A DNA stretch of 64,000 bases, from NCBI GenBank assembly GCA_044229975.1, contig JBGARZ010000020.1:32001-96000 (forward strand), in the 5' to 3' direction. This stretch comes from Polyangiales bacterium. GTDB taxonomy: Bacteria; Myxococcota_A; Polyangia; Polyangiales; Ga0077539. The notes under the pieces are model-generated. The model did not search any database, was not told the origin of the DNA, and saw only the letters and a list, made by a program, of their open reading frames with translations. Of the stretch, positions 30,801-39,558 are shown piece after piece. Within the stretch, counting starts at the first letter, position 1, and the number at the start of each line of letters is the position of its first letter. The position numbers were made by a program, and so were the translations under genes.

Positions 30801-31443
30801 GCGCGCCGGCCGGGACGGTGAGGCTGGCGCCGGCGCAGGAGACCGTTCCGCCAGCGCTGCCGATGGTGACCGCGGGACAAGCGCCGGGGACGTCCGCCGC
30901 GGGCGCGTCGGTGGTGGGGACGTCGGTGGCGGGGACGTCGGTGGTCGGGACGTCGGTGGTGGGGACGTCGGTGGTCGGGACGTCGGTGGTGGGGACGTCG
31001 GTGGTGGGGACGTCGGTGGTGGGGACGTCGGTGGTGGGGACGTCGGTGGTCGGGACGTCGGTGGTCGGGGCGTCCATCACCGGCATGTCGATGGTCGGGA
31101 CGTCTGTGGCGGGGGCGTCTGGCGGCAGCTCGGACGTCGGCGCGTCGGGGGCGGGTACGTCCGCGGCGGGGGCGTCCATCGACGGGGGCACGTCAGCCAC
31201 GGGGGCGTCGACGGTCGCGACGTCGGCGGGCGCATCGGCGGTGCCGGCGTCGGCGCCGGGGCACGCGCACACGCCGAAGGTGCGATCGGGCAGGCACGAC
31301 TGCACGCCGCTGACGCCGCCCGCGCAGGCGCAGGCGACGGTCTGTCCCGTGACGCAGCCCGTGGCAGGCGCCGGGTCCGACCCGCACGCCGCGGTCACGG
31401 CCACCATTGTCGCAAACAGCAATCCGCCGGTCGTTCGTCCCAT
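27895..31443 (-). CDS. Multidomain lipoprotein: PTTDV repeats, ZU5-like, vWA, Cys-rich, FG-GAP repeats
   Basis: TAAC lipobox; LDVSAST (MIDAS DxSxS) and VLFTDG; CGVCGNAC Cys motif; at least six (G)DVNGDG..D repeats. Confidence 0.85.
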   Translation of the reverse strand: MGRTTGGLLFATMVAVTAACGSDPAPATGCVTGQTVACACAGGVSGVQSCLPDRTFGVCACPGADAGTADAPADVATVDAPVADVPPSMDAPAADVPAPDAPTSELPPDAPATDVPTIDMPVMDAPTTDVPTTDVPTTDVPTTDVPTTDVPTTDVPTTDVPTTDVPTTDVPATDVPTTDAPAADVPGACPAVTIGSAGGTVSCAGASLTVPAGALTTSVSLQIIATTETAPAGYTGYSPVFRFEPAGTTFAAPVRVTLPFTGGASRATLFWSRATGGGYERVGGLVTGSTLSGSVTHFSRGFVADGVDYREPADRSCATTHLLEGRTVSSSGVAMFFTAEDCLGRPLTDLTGADFVVREDGTALPSEASATLISRTGPQVFVSLVLDVSASTNAILPQLIAAARRFVTSLQTERRLPVQISVQVFAGESALTEWQAPTVDTARLLSRLDALSSYTANDPGSTNLFGATIAALARQNAAESAFRTRNAGGAFTRGYVVLFTDGGDTAGLRTQAEATEAVRASTDRTLAVGLTGSDFMPAVLSALAPGGALIAPDASTLTREFDALASRIAAEFRTLYLLGYCSARRAGSHTVTIEVAGGTTSPVASYGFSAASFGPGCSAATFTAACTTADQCGGLGCGACDDRTSLCDGPSRRCVDNCVLANRCGGTSYTNPLGYTQTCPDRVDATLCAGACFDTRTSTAHCGVCGNACTGVSPCVAGVCTALPPRQLGPLSTSNVTSQQPTLRWVEGDSTAGTRVELCRNRAMTAGCLAPIDATGSSVRPAAALSPGVWFWRLSGRRGGATVTAPTATWQFTVGARSAARDGSWGTTLDVNGDGYADAAVGVGSYNAYVVLGGPGGIATTPVAQWPAYANAVGSAGDVNGDGFSDLLSSGGGGTMSLYLGGPSGLSATAISLTPAAGSSGPGPAVALGDINNDGYADFAFGYYVYRGSASGPVEPPTRLVAPSGTALSNATVAGPGDVNGDGFSDALVVNVAAMTFYFYRGSSTGFGTPSTASLVFGVNPSNLVVAAAGDVNGDGLADALIAADPIGLTGPYAGYLYLGTTAGPTTTPTTLNGYNRVSSAAAAATGAGDLNGDGFSDVVLGSTSSNTLTVYFGNAAGTSLSTTALTGPTGSSLFGYGAIGLGDVHGDGFGDLAVIASGRTHFYTGGASGVGPAPTTTILNP
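30904..31068 (-). repeat. 15-bp coding tandem repeat (PTTDV, ~11 units)
   Basis: (GGGACGTCGGTGGT[G/C])n on the + strand, in frame within the lipoprotein. Confidence 0.95.
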
Positions 31444-31553
31444 GTGCAATGCCCTCCGAGGCGGAGGACCTTTCACACGGTCGGGTTGCCCGCACAAGGG
31501 CGCGCGGCGAAAGCGGGAGCGGGCGGTCGGAGGGGCGTGCGATGCTCGTGGCC

Positions 31554-34500
31554 ATGACGGTCGAGGGGTTCATCGCGAAGTGGGCGTCGTCGGAGGCGGC
31601 GGAGCGGGCGCACAAGGACTCGTTTCTCAACGAGCTGTGTGACGTGATCGGGGTGCCGCGGCCCGACCAGCTCACCGGCGACCCCGCGCAGGATCGCTAC
31701 GTCTTCGAGGCCGACGCCACCCTCGTCCACGACGGCAAGAAGAACTCCGTCGGCAAGATGGACCTCTACAAGCGCGGATGCTTCGTGCTGGAGGCCAAGC
31801 AGGGGTCCAACGAAGGAGCGAAGAAGCTCGGCTCCGCCCGCCGCGGCACCGCCGGCTGGACCATCATGATGCAGAAGGCCTACGGCCAGGCCATCGGCTA
31901 CGCGAAGGTGGTGGACGCGCCGCCGCCGTTCCTCGTGGTGTGTGACATCGGGCACTGCTTCGACCTCTACGCGTGCTTCGATGGGTCGAGCGTGTGGAAG
32001 CCCTTTCCCGATGCGCTGCACAACCGGGTCTTCTTCTCGACGCTCACCGACCCCGCGGTCCGCGATCTCCTCAAGGGCATCTGGACCGCCCCGATGGCCC
32101 TCGACCCTTCGTTGCGCGCCGCGAAGGTCACGCGCGAGGTCGCCGTTCACCTCGCCGAGCTCGCCCGGATGTTCGAGGCGAAGTACAAGCCCGAGGACGT
32201 CGCGGGCTTCCTCATGCGGTGCATCTTCACGATGTTCGCCGAGGACGCAGGGATGTTCGGGCTCGACAAGAAGAAGCTCCCACGGAAGCTGTTCACCGAG
32301 GCCCTGAGAGATGACTGGCTCGATGATCCGAAGCGCTTCCAGCCCGAGGTGGAGAACCTCTGGCGGGTGATGAACGAGGGCGGGTACTTCGGTATCGCCA
32401 AGCTGCTCAAGTTCAACGGCGGGCTCTTCGCCGACGCGCGGGCGCTCCCCATCACCGACCGCAAGGTGCTCGACCGGCTCCTCGAAGCAGCGACCTGTGA
32501 CTGGAGCAAGGTCGAGCCCGCCATCTTCGGCACCCTCCTCGAACGCGCCCTCGACCCGAAGGAGCGACACCGGCTCGGCGCGCACTACACCCCGCGCGCC
32601 TACGTCGAGCGGCTGGTGCGGCCGACGCTCGAAGCCCCCCTGCGGGCGAAGTGGGAAGCCGTTCGCGCCGAGGCGCTCAAGCGCGTCGACGAGGTGGTGT
32701 CCGCGCCGGTTCCGGGCGAGGACGCGGCGGCGACGGCGGCCGGGAAGAAGAAGCGCGCGAAGAAGGTGCTCCCCAACACGGTGCACGGGCGGACGCAGGT
32801 CGTGAAGGAGGCGCGGGTGCTGGTGAAGGCGTTTCACCAGGAGCTGTGCAAGGTGCGCGTGCTCGACCCGGCGTGCGGCACCGGGAACTTCCTCTACGTC
32901 GCCCTCGACGCGATGAAGCGATTGGAGAGCGAGGTGCTGGCGCTCGATGCGCAGCTCGCGGCGAGCGTGGGCATCCCGGTGGACGCGGCCTTCGAGTGGG
33001 GGGCGACGGTGACGCCCGCGCAGTTTCTCGGCATCGAGAAGAAGCTGTGGGCGAAGGAGATCGCCGAGCTGGTGCTCTGGATCGGCTTCCTCCAGTGGTT
33101 CCAGCGGACGCGGCAGAACGACGACGGCTCGGTGCGCTGGGAGGAGCCCGTGCTGCGCAATCTCCACAACATCGAGTGCAGGGACGCCGTGCTCGCGTGG
33201 GATCAGGAGCTTCCGGTGCTCGACGAGAAGGGCAAGCCGGTCACGCGCTGGGACGGCGAGTCCATGAAGAAGAGCCCGGTGACGGGGGAAGACGTACCCG
33301 ATGAGACGAAGCGGGTGCTGGTGACGAAGCTGGTGAACCCGCGGCGGGCCAAGTGGCCCGAGGCGGACTACGTGGTGGGGAATCCGCCGTTTTTGGGGAA
33401 GCTCCATGTGCTCTCGCAGTTTGGTCTGGGCTACACAACGGGTCTGCGGGAGACGTACGCGGGGGACGTTCCAGACAGCGCAGACTTCGTCATGTATTGG
33501 TGGTTTCGAGCGGGTGAGCTCACGCGAGCCAGTAAGGTCGCCCGCTTTGGATTCATCACAACCAACAGTATTTCGCAGACGTTCAATCGGCGCGTAATTG
33601 AGGCCGCTCTGAATGCCGACCCCTCGCTCTCGATCACGTTCGCGATCCCTGATCACCCCTGGGTCGACACCGTCGACGGCGCGGCAGTGCGGATCGCGAT
33701 GACAGTTGGAGTTAGGGGGAGCGTTACTGGAGCACTCAACCGTGTCGTCGAGGAGACGATGCAAAGCGATGGAAGTGCGACGCCTTCCTTCTCGGTCGAA
33801 CAAGGCGTGATTCACGCCAACCTACGGATAGGCGCCAATGTCACGGTCGCGGCTAGCTTGCAGTCGAACCAAGACATCGCCGGTACCGGCCTGATCCTTG
33901 GCAATCGCGGCTTCGTCCTAGATTCCATAGAGGCGGAAGCCCTACGCTCGACGTCTCCAGAAGCTGATTCGATGATCGCGCCGTTGTGGAATGGCAAGGA
34001 CATCACTGAACGCCCAAGGGGTGCTTTCGTGATCGACACCAACGGATGGAAACAGGATGCGCTTCAGGCGCGGGCACCTGCGGTCTGGCAGCACCTGCGC
34101 AAGACTGTGTACCCAGAGCGCCAGACGAACCGAGATCCGAGAGTCAAAGCGAACTGGTGGCTGTTTCGACGAAGCAATGAACAGATTCGTGGCGCAATCG
34201 CCGGGCTGAGTCGCTACATCGCAACCGTAGAGACGGCAAAGCATCGCGTGTTTGTGTGGATGAAAGGGCACTTCAAGCCCGAGCACAAACTCGTCGTTTT
34301 TGGGAGTGATGACGCATCGGTTCTTGGGATGCTTTCATCTCGCATCCATGTCGTATGGGCACTGTCGACAGGCGGCCATCTCGGGGTAGGCAACGACCCG
34401 GTCTACTCGAAGACCAAGTGCTTCGACCCCTTCCCCTTCCCCGCCGCCACGCCCGATCAGGCCGCGCGCATCCGTGAGCTCGCGGAGTCGCTCGACGCCC

Positions 34501-35108
34501 ACCGGAAGGCGCGGCAGGCGGCGCACCCCACGCTGACCATGACGGGCATGTACAACGTGCTCGCGAAGCTCCGCGCGGGCGAGGCGCTCACCCCGAAGGA
34601 CCAGGAGATCCACACCCAGGGTCTCGTGTCCGTGTTGAAGCAGCTCCACGACGACCTCGACGCGGCGGTGTTCGCGGCCTACGGCTGGGACCCGGCGCTG
34701 ACCGACGAGGAGATTCTCGCGAAGGTGGTGGCGCTCAACGCGGAGCGCGCCGAGGAGGAGTCCCGCGGGGTGATCCGCTGGCTGCGTCCCGAGTTCCAGA
34801 ACCCCGGTGGGGCGAAGGCGGCGACGCAGGAGACCATGGACCTCGGCGACGAGCCCGACGAGGGCGCCGCGGTGGCGAGCGCGGTGAAGCCCATCGGGCC
34901 GTGGCCGAAGAAGACGTCGGAGCAGTTTGCGGCGGTGCGCGATCTGCTCGCGACGCGGTCGTCGGCGTGGAGCGCGACGCAGGTGACGGATGCCTTCAAG
35001 GGGGCGTCCGAAGACGACGTTGCGGAGATGATGGCGACGCTGGTGGTGTCGGGTCAGGCGGTCGCGTTTCAGACGCCAGAGGGAACACGCTGGCAGCGGG
35101 CGGGTTGA
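31554..35108 (+). CDS. MmeI-like type IIG/IIL restriction-modification enzyme (nuclease + N6-adenine MTase + specificity domain)
   Basis: N-terminal FIAKW...SFLNELC, MDLYKRGCFVLEAKQ (PD-D/ExK), IFGTLLE.ALD..ERH.LGAHYTP, VLDPACGTGNF (motif I), VGNPPF (motif IV), CFDPFPFP. Alternative start 31542. Confidence 0.9.
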   Translation: MTVEGFIAKWASSEAAERAHKDSFLNELCDVIGVPRPDQLTGDPAQDRYVFEADATLVHDGKKNSVGKMDLYKRGCFVLEAKQGSNEGAKKLGSARRGTAGWTIMMQKAYGQAIGYAKVVDAPPPFLVVCDIGHCFDLYACFDGSSVWKPFPDALHNRVFFSTLTDPAVRDLLKGIWTAPMALDPSLRAAKVTREVAVHLAELARMFEAKYKPEDVAGFLMRCIFTMFAEDAGMFGLDKKKLPRKLFTEALRDDWLDDPKRFQPEVENLWRVMNEGGYFGIAKLLKFNGGLFADARALPITDRKVLDRLLEAATCDWSKVEPAIFGTLLERALDPKERHRLGAHYTPRAYVERLVRPTLEAPLRAKWEAVRAEALKRVDEVVSAPVPGEDAAATAAGKKKRAKKVLPNTVHGRTQVVKEARVLVKAFHQELCKVRVLDPACGTGNFLYVALDAMKRLESEVLALDAQLAASVGIPVDAAFEWGATVTPAQFLGIEKKLWAKEIAELVLWIGFLQWFQRTRQNDDGSVRWEEPVLRNLHNIECRDAVLAWDQELPVLDEKGKPVTRWDGESMKKSPVTGEDVPDETKRVLVTKLVNPRRAKWPEADYVVGNPPFLGKLHVLSQFGLGYTTGLRETYAGDVPDSADFVMYWWFRAGELTRASKVARFGFITTNSISQTFNRRVIEAALNADPSLSITFAIPDHPWVDTVDGAAVRIAMTVGVRGSVTGALNRVVEETMQSDGSATPSFSVEQGVIHANLRIGANVTVAASLQSNQDIAGTGLILGNRGFVLDSIEAEALRSTSPEADSMIAPLWNGKDITERPRGAFVIDTNGWKQDALQARAPAVWQHLRKTVYPERQTNRDPRVKANWWLFRRSNEQIRGAIAGLSRYIATVETAKHRVFVWMKGHFKPEHKLVVFGSDDASVLGMLSSRIHVVWALSTGGHLGVGNDPVYSKTKCFDPFPFPAATPDQAARIRELAESLDAHRKARQAAHPTLTMTGMYNVLAKLRAGEALTPKDQEIHTQGLVSVLKQLHDDLDAAVFAAYGWDPALTDEEILAKVVALNAERAEEESRGVIRWLRPEFQNPGGAKAATQETMDLGDEPDEGAAVASAVKPIGPWPKKTSEQFAAVRDLLATRSSAWSATQVTDAFKGASEDDVAEMMATLVVSGQAVAFQTPEGTRWQRAG

Positions 35109-35139
35109 GCGGGCCGCGAGAGAGCGATAGAGGGACGGC

Positions 35140-36462
35140 GTGTACATCGACAGACTGAAGATCGAGAACGTGCGGGGCTTCGGGGCGGGGCAGGTTGACC
35201 TGTCGTTCGATCGCGGTGGCGGGCAATACGCAGGGTGGACTGTGTTGGCGGGACGCAACGGGGCGGGAAAGACGACGCTCTTGCGGGCTCTCGCGCTTGC
35301 GGTGGTCGGACTCAGGGACGCAGACCGTTTGCAGGAGACCTTCCAGGGATGGATTCACCGGGCTGAGGTGAAGGCGAGTGCCAGTGTTCGTCTGGTTGCG
35401 CCCACTAGCTTCAGCGGCGACGAAGCCGCTTCATCGTTGTCCTACTTCGACGCTTCGATGGGTTGGTTCCTGGCTCACACCAATATCGACCCGGACGCAG
35501 AACCGACGACGATTGCAGAGCAAACAAGCCAGTCACTGCCGCTCGACAAAAGTGGTTGGTTTCTTGTCGGCTACGGTCCCTTCCGACGGCTCTCGGGACA
35601 TTCCGTCGAGGCCCAGCGTGTGATGAGCCACTCTCCGGTTTCGTCCGGCCTCGTCACACTCTTTCGCGACGATGCTTCCCTGTTCGACGGTTTCGCGTGG
35701 TTGCGCTTTCTTCGCCTGCGGCAGGCCGATGGCAAGCCAGGTGCGACCGAGCTACTCACCATCGCGTTCAATCTCCTCAACGATGGTTTGCTGCCTGATT
35801 CGTCCGTTCGCGTGGAGCGTTACGACTCCGACGGGCTGTGGGTGTCAACGCCGCGTGGAGGCGTCCGCCCGGTCGGCGACCTCTCCGACGGCTACCGCGC
35901 CGTTATCGCGCTCGTCCTCGACCTCGTCCGCTCTCTCCACCGATGTTACGGCGCGCTCCCCATGAACGGCACCGCCGTCGACCTCCCCGGCGTGGTGCTC
36001 ATCGATGAAGTCGACGCCCACCTCCATGTCAGTTGGCAACAGCGTATCGGCTTCTGGCTCAAGTCCCACTTCCCGCGCATCCAGTTTCTCGTCACCTCGC
36101 ACAGCCCCTTCGTCTGTCAGGCCGCCGACAAGAACGGCCTCATTCTCCTTCCTGAGCCAGGCACCAACGAGAAGGCCCGCGTCGCTGACGACGAGCTCTA
36201 CTACCGCGCCGTCAACGGGCCCGCCGACGCCGCGCTCCTCAGCGACCTCTTCGGGCTCGACCACACGTGGTCCGACGAGTCCGAGAAGAAGCGCATCAAG
36301 ATGGCCCGCCTCGAAGGCCGCATCCTCCACGCGAAGGCGACCGCCGAAGACCGCGTCGAGTACCAGAAGCTGCGCGAGGAGATCCCTCGCAGCCCATTCG
36401 AGACGGCGGACGTCGATCGCGCGCTCCGCACGGAGGACGTCACTCCGCCGGGAACGAAGTAG
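35140..36462 (+). CDS. ABC/AAA_21 ATPase, Septu PtuA-like
   Basis: GRNGAGKTT, LSDGY signature, GVVLIDEVDAHLHVSWQ, FP.IQFLVTSHSPF. Confidence 0.85.
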   Translation: MYIDRLKIENVRGFGAGQVDLSFDRGGGQYAGWTVLAGRNGAGKTTLLRALALAVVGLRDADRLQETFQGWIHRAEVKASASVRLVAPTSFSGDEAASSLSYFDASMGWFLAHTNIDPDAEPTTIAEQTSQSLPLDKSGWFLVGYGPFRRLSGHSVEAQRVMSHSPVSSGLVTLFRDDASLFDGFAWLRFLRLRQADGKPGATELLTIAFNLLNDGLLPDSSVRVERYDSDGLWVSTPRGGVRPVGDLSDGYRAVIALVLDLVRSLHRCYGALPMNGTAVDLPGVVLIDEVDAHLHVSWQQRIGFWLKSHFPRIQFLVTSHSPFVCQAADKNGLILLPEPGTNEKARVADDELYYRAVNGPADAALLSDLFGLDHTWSDESEKKRIKMARLEGRILHAKATAEDRVEYQKLREEIPRSPFETADVDRALRTEDVTPPGTK

Positions 36463-36464
36463 TC

Positions 36465-37304
36465 GTGCGGCACCACCCGCGGAGGCCGCTCCCGGCGAGG
36501 GCGCTGGAGGCGTTGCGGCAGTGGCAGGACGCGCTCGACGTCGAGTGGGCGCGCGAGCTGGCCCGACCAGAGACCGAACGTCGCGCCGCGGGCACGGTCG
36601 CAGACGCGCATTGGAGTTCCCACCGATCGGCGACGGCCTTCGATGTCGTCAGGCTCACCCTCCGCGCCATGGCGTCACCGCGCCTTGGGCGTTGCATGTA
36701 CTGCGAGACCGACCGTGGTTCGCAGGTCGATCACGGGCGGCCGAAGTCCCTGGCTCCGGGCCTCACCTTCGTCTGGCACAATCACATCTGGGCATGCGCG
36801 CTGTGCAACCAGCAGAAAACGACTCGCTACGATCCGGCGATGATCGACCCCACGATCGACGACCCGCTTCGATATCTCGACCTCGTTCCATCAGGGCGGT
36901 GGGATCCAGAAGACGATGACGATGACGAAGGCGGACGCGGCCAGGCGACGCTCGACGCGTTGCCCATGCTCAACCACCCGGATCTCGTAGAGGAACGACT
37001 TCAGGGACGCGCTCGATTGCTCCGTCGTCTCTCGGCGTTGGCCGCTCAGGCGAGCGTCTCGACCGAGGCGCTCGACATGCTGCGAGAGGAGGTCACCAAC
37101 GACCCCTTCTCGGACGTGTTTGCCGCGCTCCTCGACGTCTTGAGGCTACCCAACGCCGCCGAGTTCTACCCGCCTGCGGTGGTGGACTTCGTGCGTGCGC
37201 GCCCCGAGATGAACGACTGGCTCGCAGAGTCCGACGAACGTCGCTGGCGCGCCGCGCAAGGCGCCATCGAGGCCCTCGCGCTGACCATCCGCCTCTCGTC
37301 GTAG
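36465..37304 (+). CDS. HNH endonuclease, Septu PtuB-like
   Basis: RCMYCE...VDH.RPK....F.W.N..WACALCN..K, IDP..DDP; GTG 2 bp after the ATPase stop. Confidence 0.83.
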   Translation: MRHHPRRPLPARALEALRQWQDALDVEWARELARPETERRAAGTVADAHWSSHRSATAFDVVRLTLRAMASPRLGRCMYCETDRGSQVDHGRPKSLAPGLTFVWHNHIWACALCNQQKTTRYDPAMIDPTIDDPLRYLDLVPSGRWDPEDDDDDEGGRGQATLDALPMLNHPDLVEERLQGRARLLRRLSALAAQASVSTEALDMLREEVTNDPFSDVFAALLDVLRLPNAAEFYPPAVVDFVRARPEMNDWLAESDERRWRAAQGAIEALALTIRLSS

Positions 37305-37305
37305 T

Positions 37306-37513
37306 GCATCGCCCGGAGAGGGGTACCCCCCTCTTTCACCGACACCTCGCATCGCCCGGAGAGGGGTACCCCCCTCTTTCGCCGACACCTCGCATCGCCC
37401 GGAGAGGGGTACCCCCCTCTTTCACCGACGCCTCGCATCGCCCCGAGAGACCCCCACCCCTCTTTCACCAACACCCCGCATCGTCGTGAGAGATCCCCCC
37501 ACCTCGTCCCACC
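37306..37513 (+). repeat. 43-bp tandem array with internal hairpin, 5 units degenerating 3'-ward
   Basis: GCATCGCCCGGAGAGGGGTACCCCCCTCTTTCACCGACACCTC at 37306, 37349, 37392; degenerate copies at 37435 and 37478. Confidence 0.92.
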
Positions 37514-37620
37514 AAAATGCCGATCTGGTGTGGTCGACCCTGCGCTTCCTCCATCGACCAGCCGATAGACGGAAGCAGAGGGCGCCGCCCACGTCGGGAC
37601 GCGCCGGGAGGAGAGAGCCG

Positions 37621-38418
37621 ATGGCCCAGCCGTTCGTTCGTGTCGAGGCGTCCAACTACACCAGTGTTCCGAAGGTCAACGCCCAGAGCGGGGTGGCGCT
37701 CGCCCGCGCGCTGATCGTCGCGCTCCCGAAGGACTCCCCGCCGAGCACGCGCCACGCCGCCCGCCAGATGCGCGCCGTCGCCATCACCCTCCAGCGGTCG
37801 GTCGCCGCCAGCCACGCGGCGGAGCCCTCGGGCGAGAAGCGTACGTCCCGCGCGATCGACAACGAGGCCGACGCGCTGCACTCCACCGTGACGCGCCGCC
37901 TCGAAGACCACGAGCTGCTCGCCGCCCACGAACCGGCGAAGGCGCAGCAGGCCGCGACCCTGAAGAAGGCGCTCTACCCGAAGGGGGACGCTCTCTGGCG
38001 GGGCGACATGATGACGCAGTGGCAGGCGACGGAGGACTGGTTCATCGCGCTCGCGGTGGACGGCCGCGAGGCGGCGCTGCGGTCGCTCGTGGGCGGCGGC
38101 TTCGTCGACGCGATCCGCGCGGTGCACGCGGAGTACGGCGAGGCCATCGGGACGACGAAGCCCCGCGCCCCGACGCCCCCGAAGGTCGACCTCGCCGCGC
38201 CGCTCGCCGCGCTCGCGCAGTCGATGCAAGACCTCGCGCTCCAGCTCGTCGCGCTCGCCAACGACGGCAGCGCCAGCGACGCGCTCCGCTCCGCCGCGCG
38301 CGATGCGCTGCGCCCCATCGACGACCACCGTGAGGGCAACGCCCGCCGCACCGCCGCCCGCGCGCCGGACGACGCGCCGGAGCCGACGCCGGACGAGAAG
38401 CCGCTGCCCGAGGTGTAG
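37621..38418 (+). CDS. Hypothetical all-helical protein
   Basis: ATG preceded by GGAGGAGAGAG; Ala-rich 265-aa ORF with host-like GC3 and no catalytic motif recognised. Confidence 0.75.
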   Translation: MAQPFVRVEASNYTSVPKVNAQSGVALARALIVALPKDSPPSTRHAARQMRAVAITLQRSVAASHAAEPSGEKRTSRAIDNEADALHSTVTRRLEDHELLAAHEPAKAQQAATLKKALYPKGDALWRGDMMTQWQATEDWFIALAVDGREAALRSLVGGGFVDAIRAVHAEYGEAIGTTKPRAPTPPKVDLAAPLAALAQSMQDLALQLVALANDGSASDALRSAARDALRPIDDHREGNARRTAARAPDDAPEPTPDEKPLPEV

Positions 38419-38463
38419 CGCCGGGCGGTGGGCGATCGACGATGGCCTGGCAGTCATCGGGGG

Positions 38464-38968
38464 CCACGCCGCGGCGTCAGCGCGGCGCGCACTGGTCAGG
38501 CCAGCAGCGGGCGGGCCCACGCCGCGGCGTCAGCGCGGCGCGCACTGGTCAGGCCAGCAGCGGGCGGGCCCACGCCGCGGCGTCAGCGCGGCGCGCACTG
38601 GTCACGCCCGCAGTCACCGCTGCCACGCCGCGGCGTCAGCGCGGCGCGCACTGGTCACGTCCACAGTCACCGCTGCCACGCCGCGGCGTCAGCGCGGCGC
38701 GCACTGGTCACGCCCGCAGTCACCGGGGGCCACGCCGCGGCGTCAGCGCGGCGCGCGACGGTCACGTCCACAGTCACCGCTGCCACGCCGCGGCGTCAGC
38801 GCGGCGCGCGACGGTCACGTCCACAGTCACCGCTGCCACGCCGCGGCGTCAGCGCGGCGCGCGACAGTCAGGCCCGCAGTCACCGCTGCCACGCCGCGGC
38901 GTCAGCGCGGCGCGCGACAGTCAGGCCCGCAGTCACCGCTGCCACGCCGCGGCGTCAGCGCGGCGCGC
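38464..38968 (+). repeat. REP-like array (left): 10 copies of CCACGCCGCGGCGTCAGCGCGGCGCGC, period 53-54 bp
   Basis: Core starts at 38464, 38517, 38570, 38623, 38676, 38730, 38783, 38836, 38889, 38942; core folds CGCCGCG/CGCGGCG around GCGTCAG. Confidence 0.95.
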
Positions 38969-38985
38969 GACGGTCAGGCCCACTG

Positions 38986-39477
38986 TCACCGGGGCCGATC
39001 GTCGTGGTGTTCGTCGCACACGTAGTCGACTGCACCGCGCACGTCTGACTCGGAGCGCAGGTGTTGCTTGTTGCCATCCCGCGACCACACATCGCGCTCG
39101 CACAGCTCCGGCGCGTTGTTCCGAAGGTGGCGCGTCGCCCAGGCCTTGAGATCGCCGAGAACCTTCTCGGCGCTGGCGGGCGCTGCGACCACCACATGAA
39201 CGTGCTCCCGTTGAACACGCAGAGCATGGAGCGTCCAACCTCGGTGCGAACAGGTCTCCCGCACGGCAGACTCCACGATGTGGCGTTGGAGCGGCGTTAG
39301 CTGAAGCGCGGGGAATCGCATGCGTTCGCGGCAGCGGGCCAGGATGACGGGGTCATGTCCGTGTTGCCCGACGCCGCGTTCGGTCCAGCCGCGTTCGTCG
39401 CCCTGCAGCCAGGTGCCGTAGGTGCGCCAGGAGATGAAGTAACCGACGGGATGGAGGGAGTGACGGTTCGAGCTCAT
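38986..39477 (-). mobile_element. REP-associated tyrosine transposase (RAYT; IS200/Y1 HUH family)
   Basis: YFISWRTYGTWLQGDERGW N-terminus, HVH HUH motif, LKAWATR, W..., catalytic Tyr in AVDYV; flanked by palindromic repeats on both sides. Confidence 0.85.
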
Positions 39478-39558
39478 GGTCGCTCATCGGTTCGTGGCGG
39501 CCGTGGTTGCGTGCTCCGACACTTTTTGTCGCTATTGGCGGCTGCGAACGTGAGCGTT

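Noticed and set aside
37306..37513. Mini-CRISPR or retron msr-msd next to the ATPase-HNH pair
   Set aside because: Pure tandem units without spacers; no reverse transcriptase or a1/a2-type inverted repeats seen.
38303..39149. ORFs 38303-39025, 38428-39048, 38442-39149 (and 39353-39940, 39474-40832)
   Set aside because: Translations of the repeat arrays cycling through frames because of the 53-bp period; low-complexity, no RBS or domain evidence.
39517..39531. CGACA-N5-TGTCG inverted repeat upstream of the RAYT gene as an operator
   Set aside because: Only 5-bp arms; could easily be chance.
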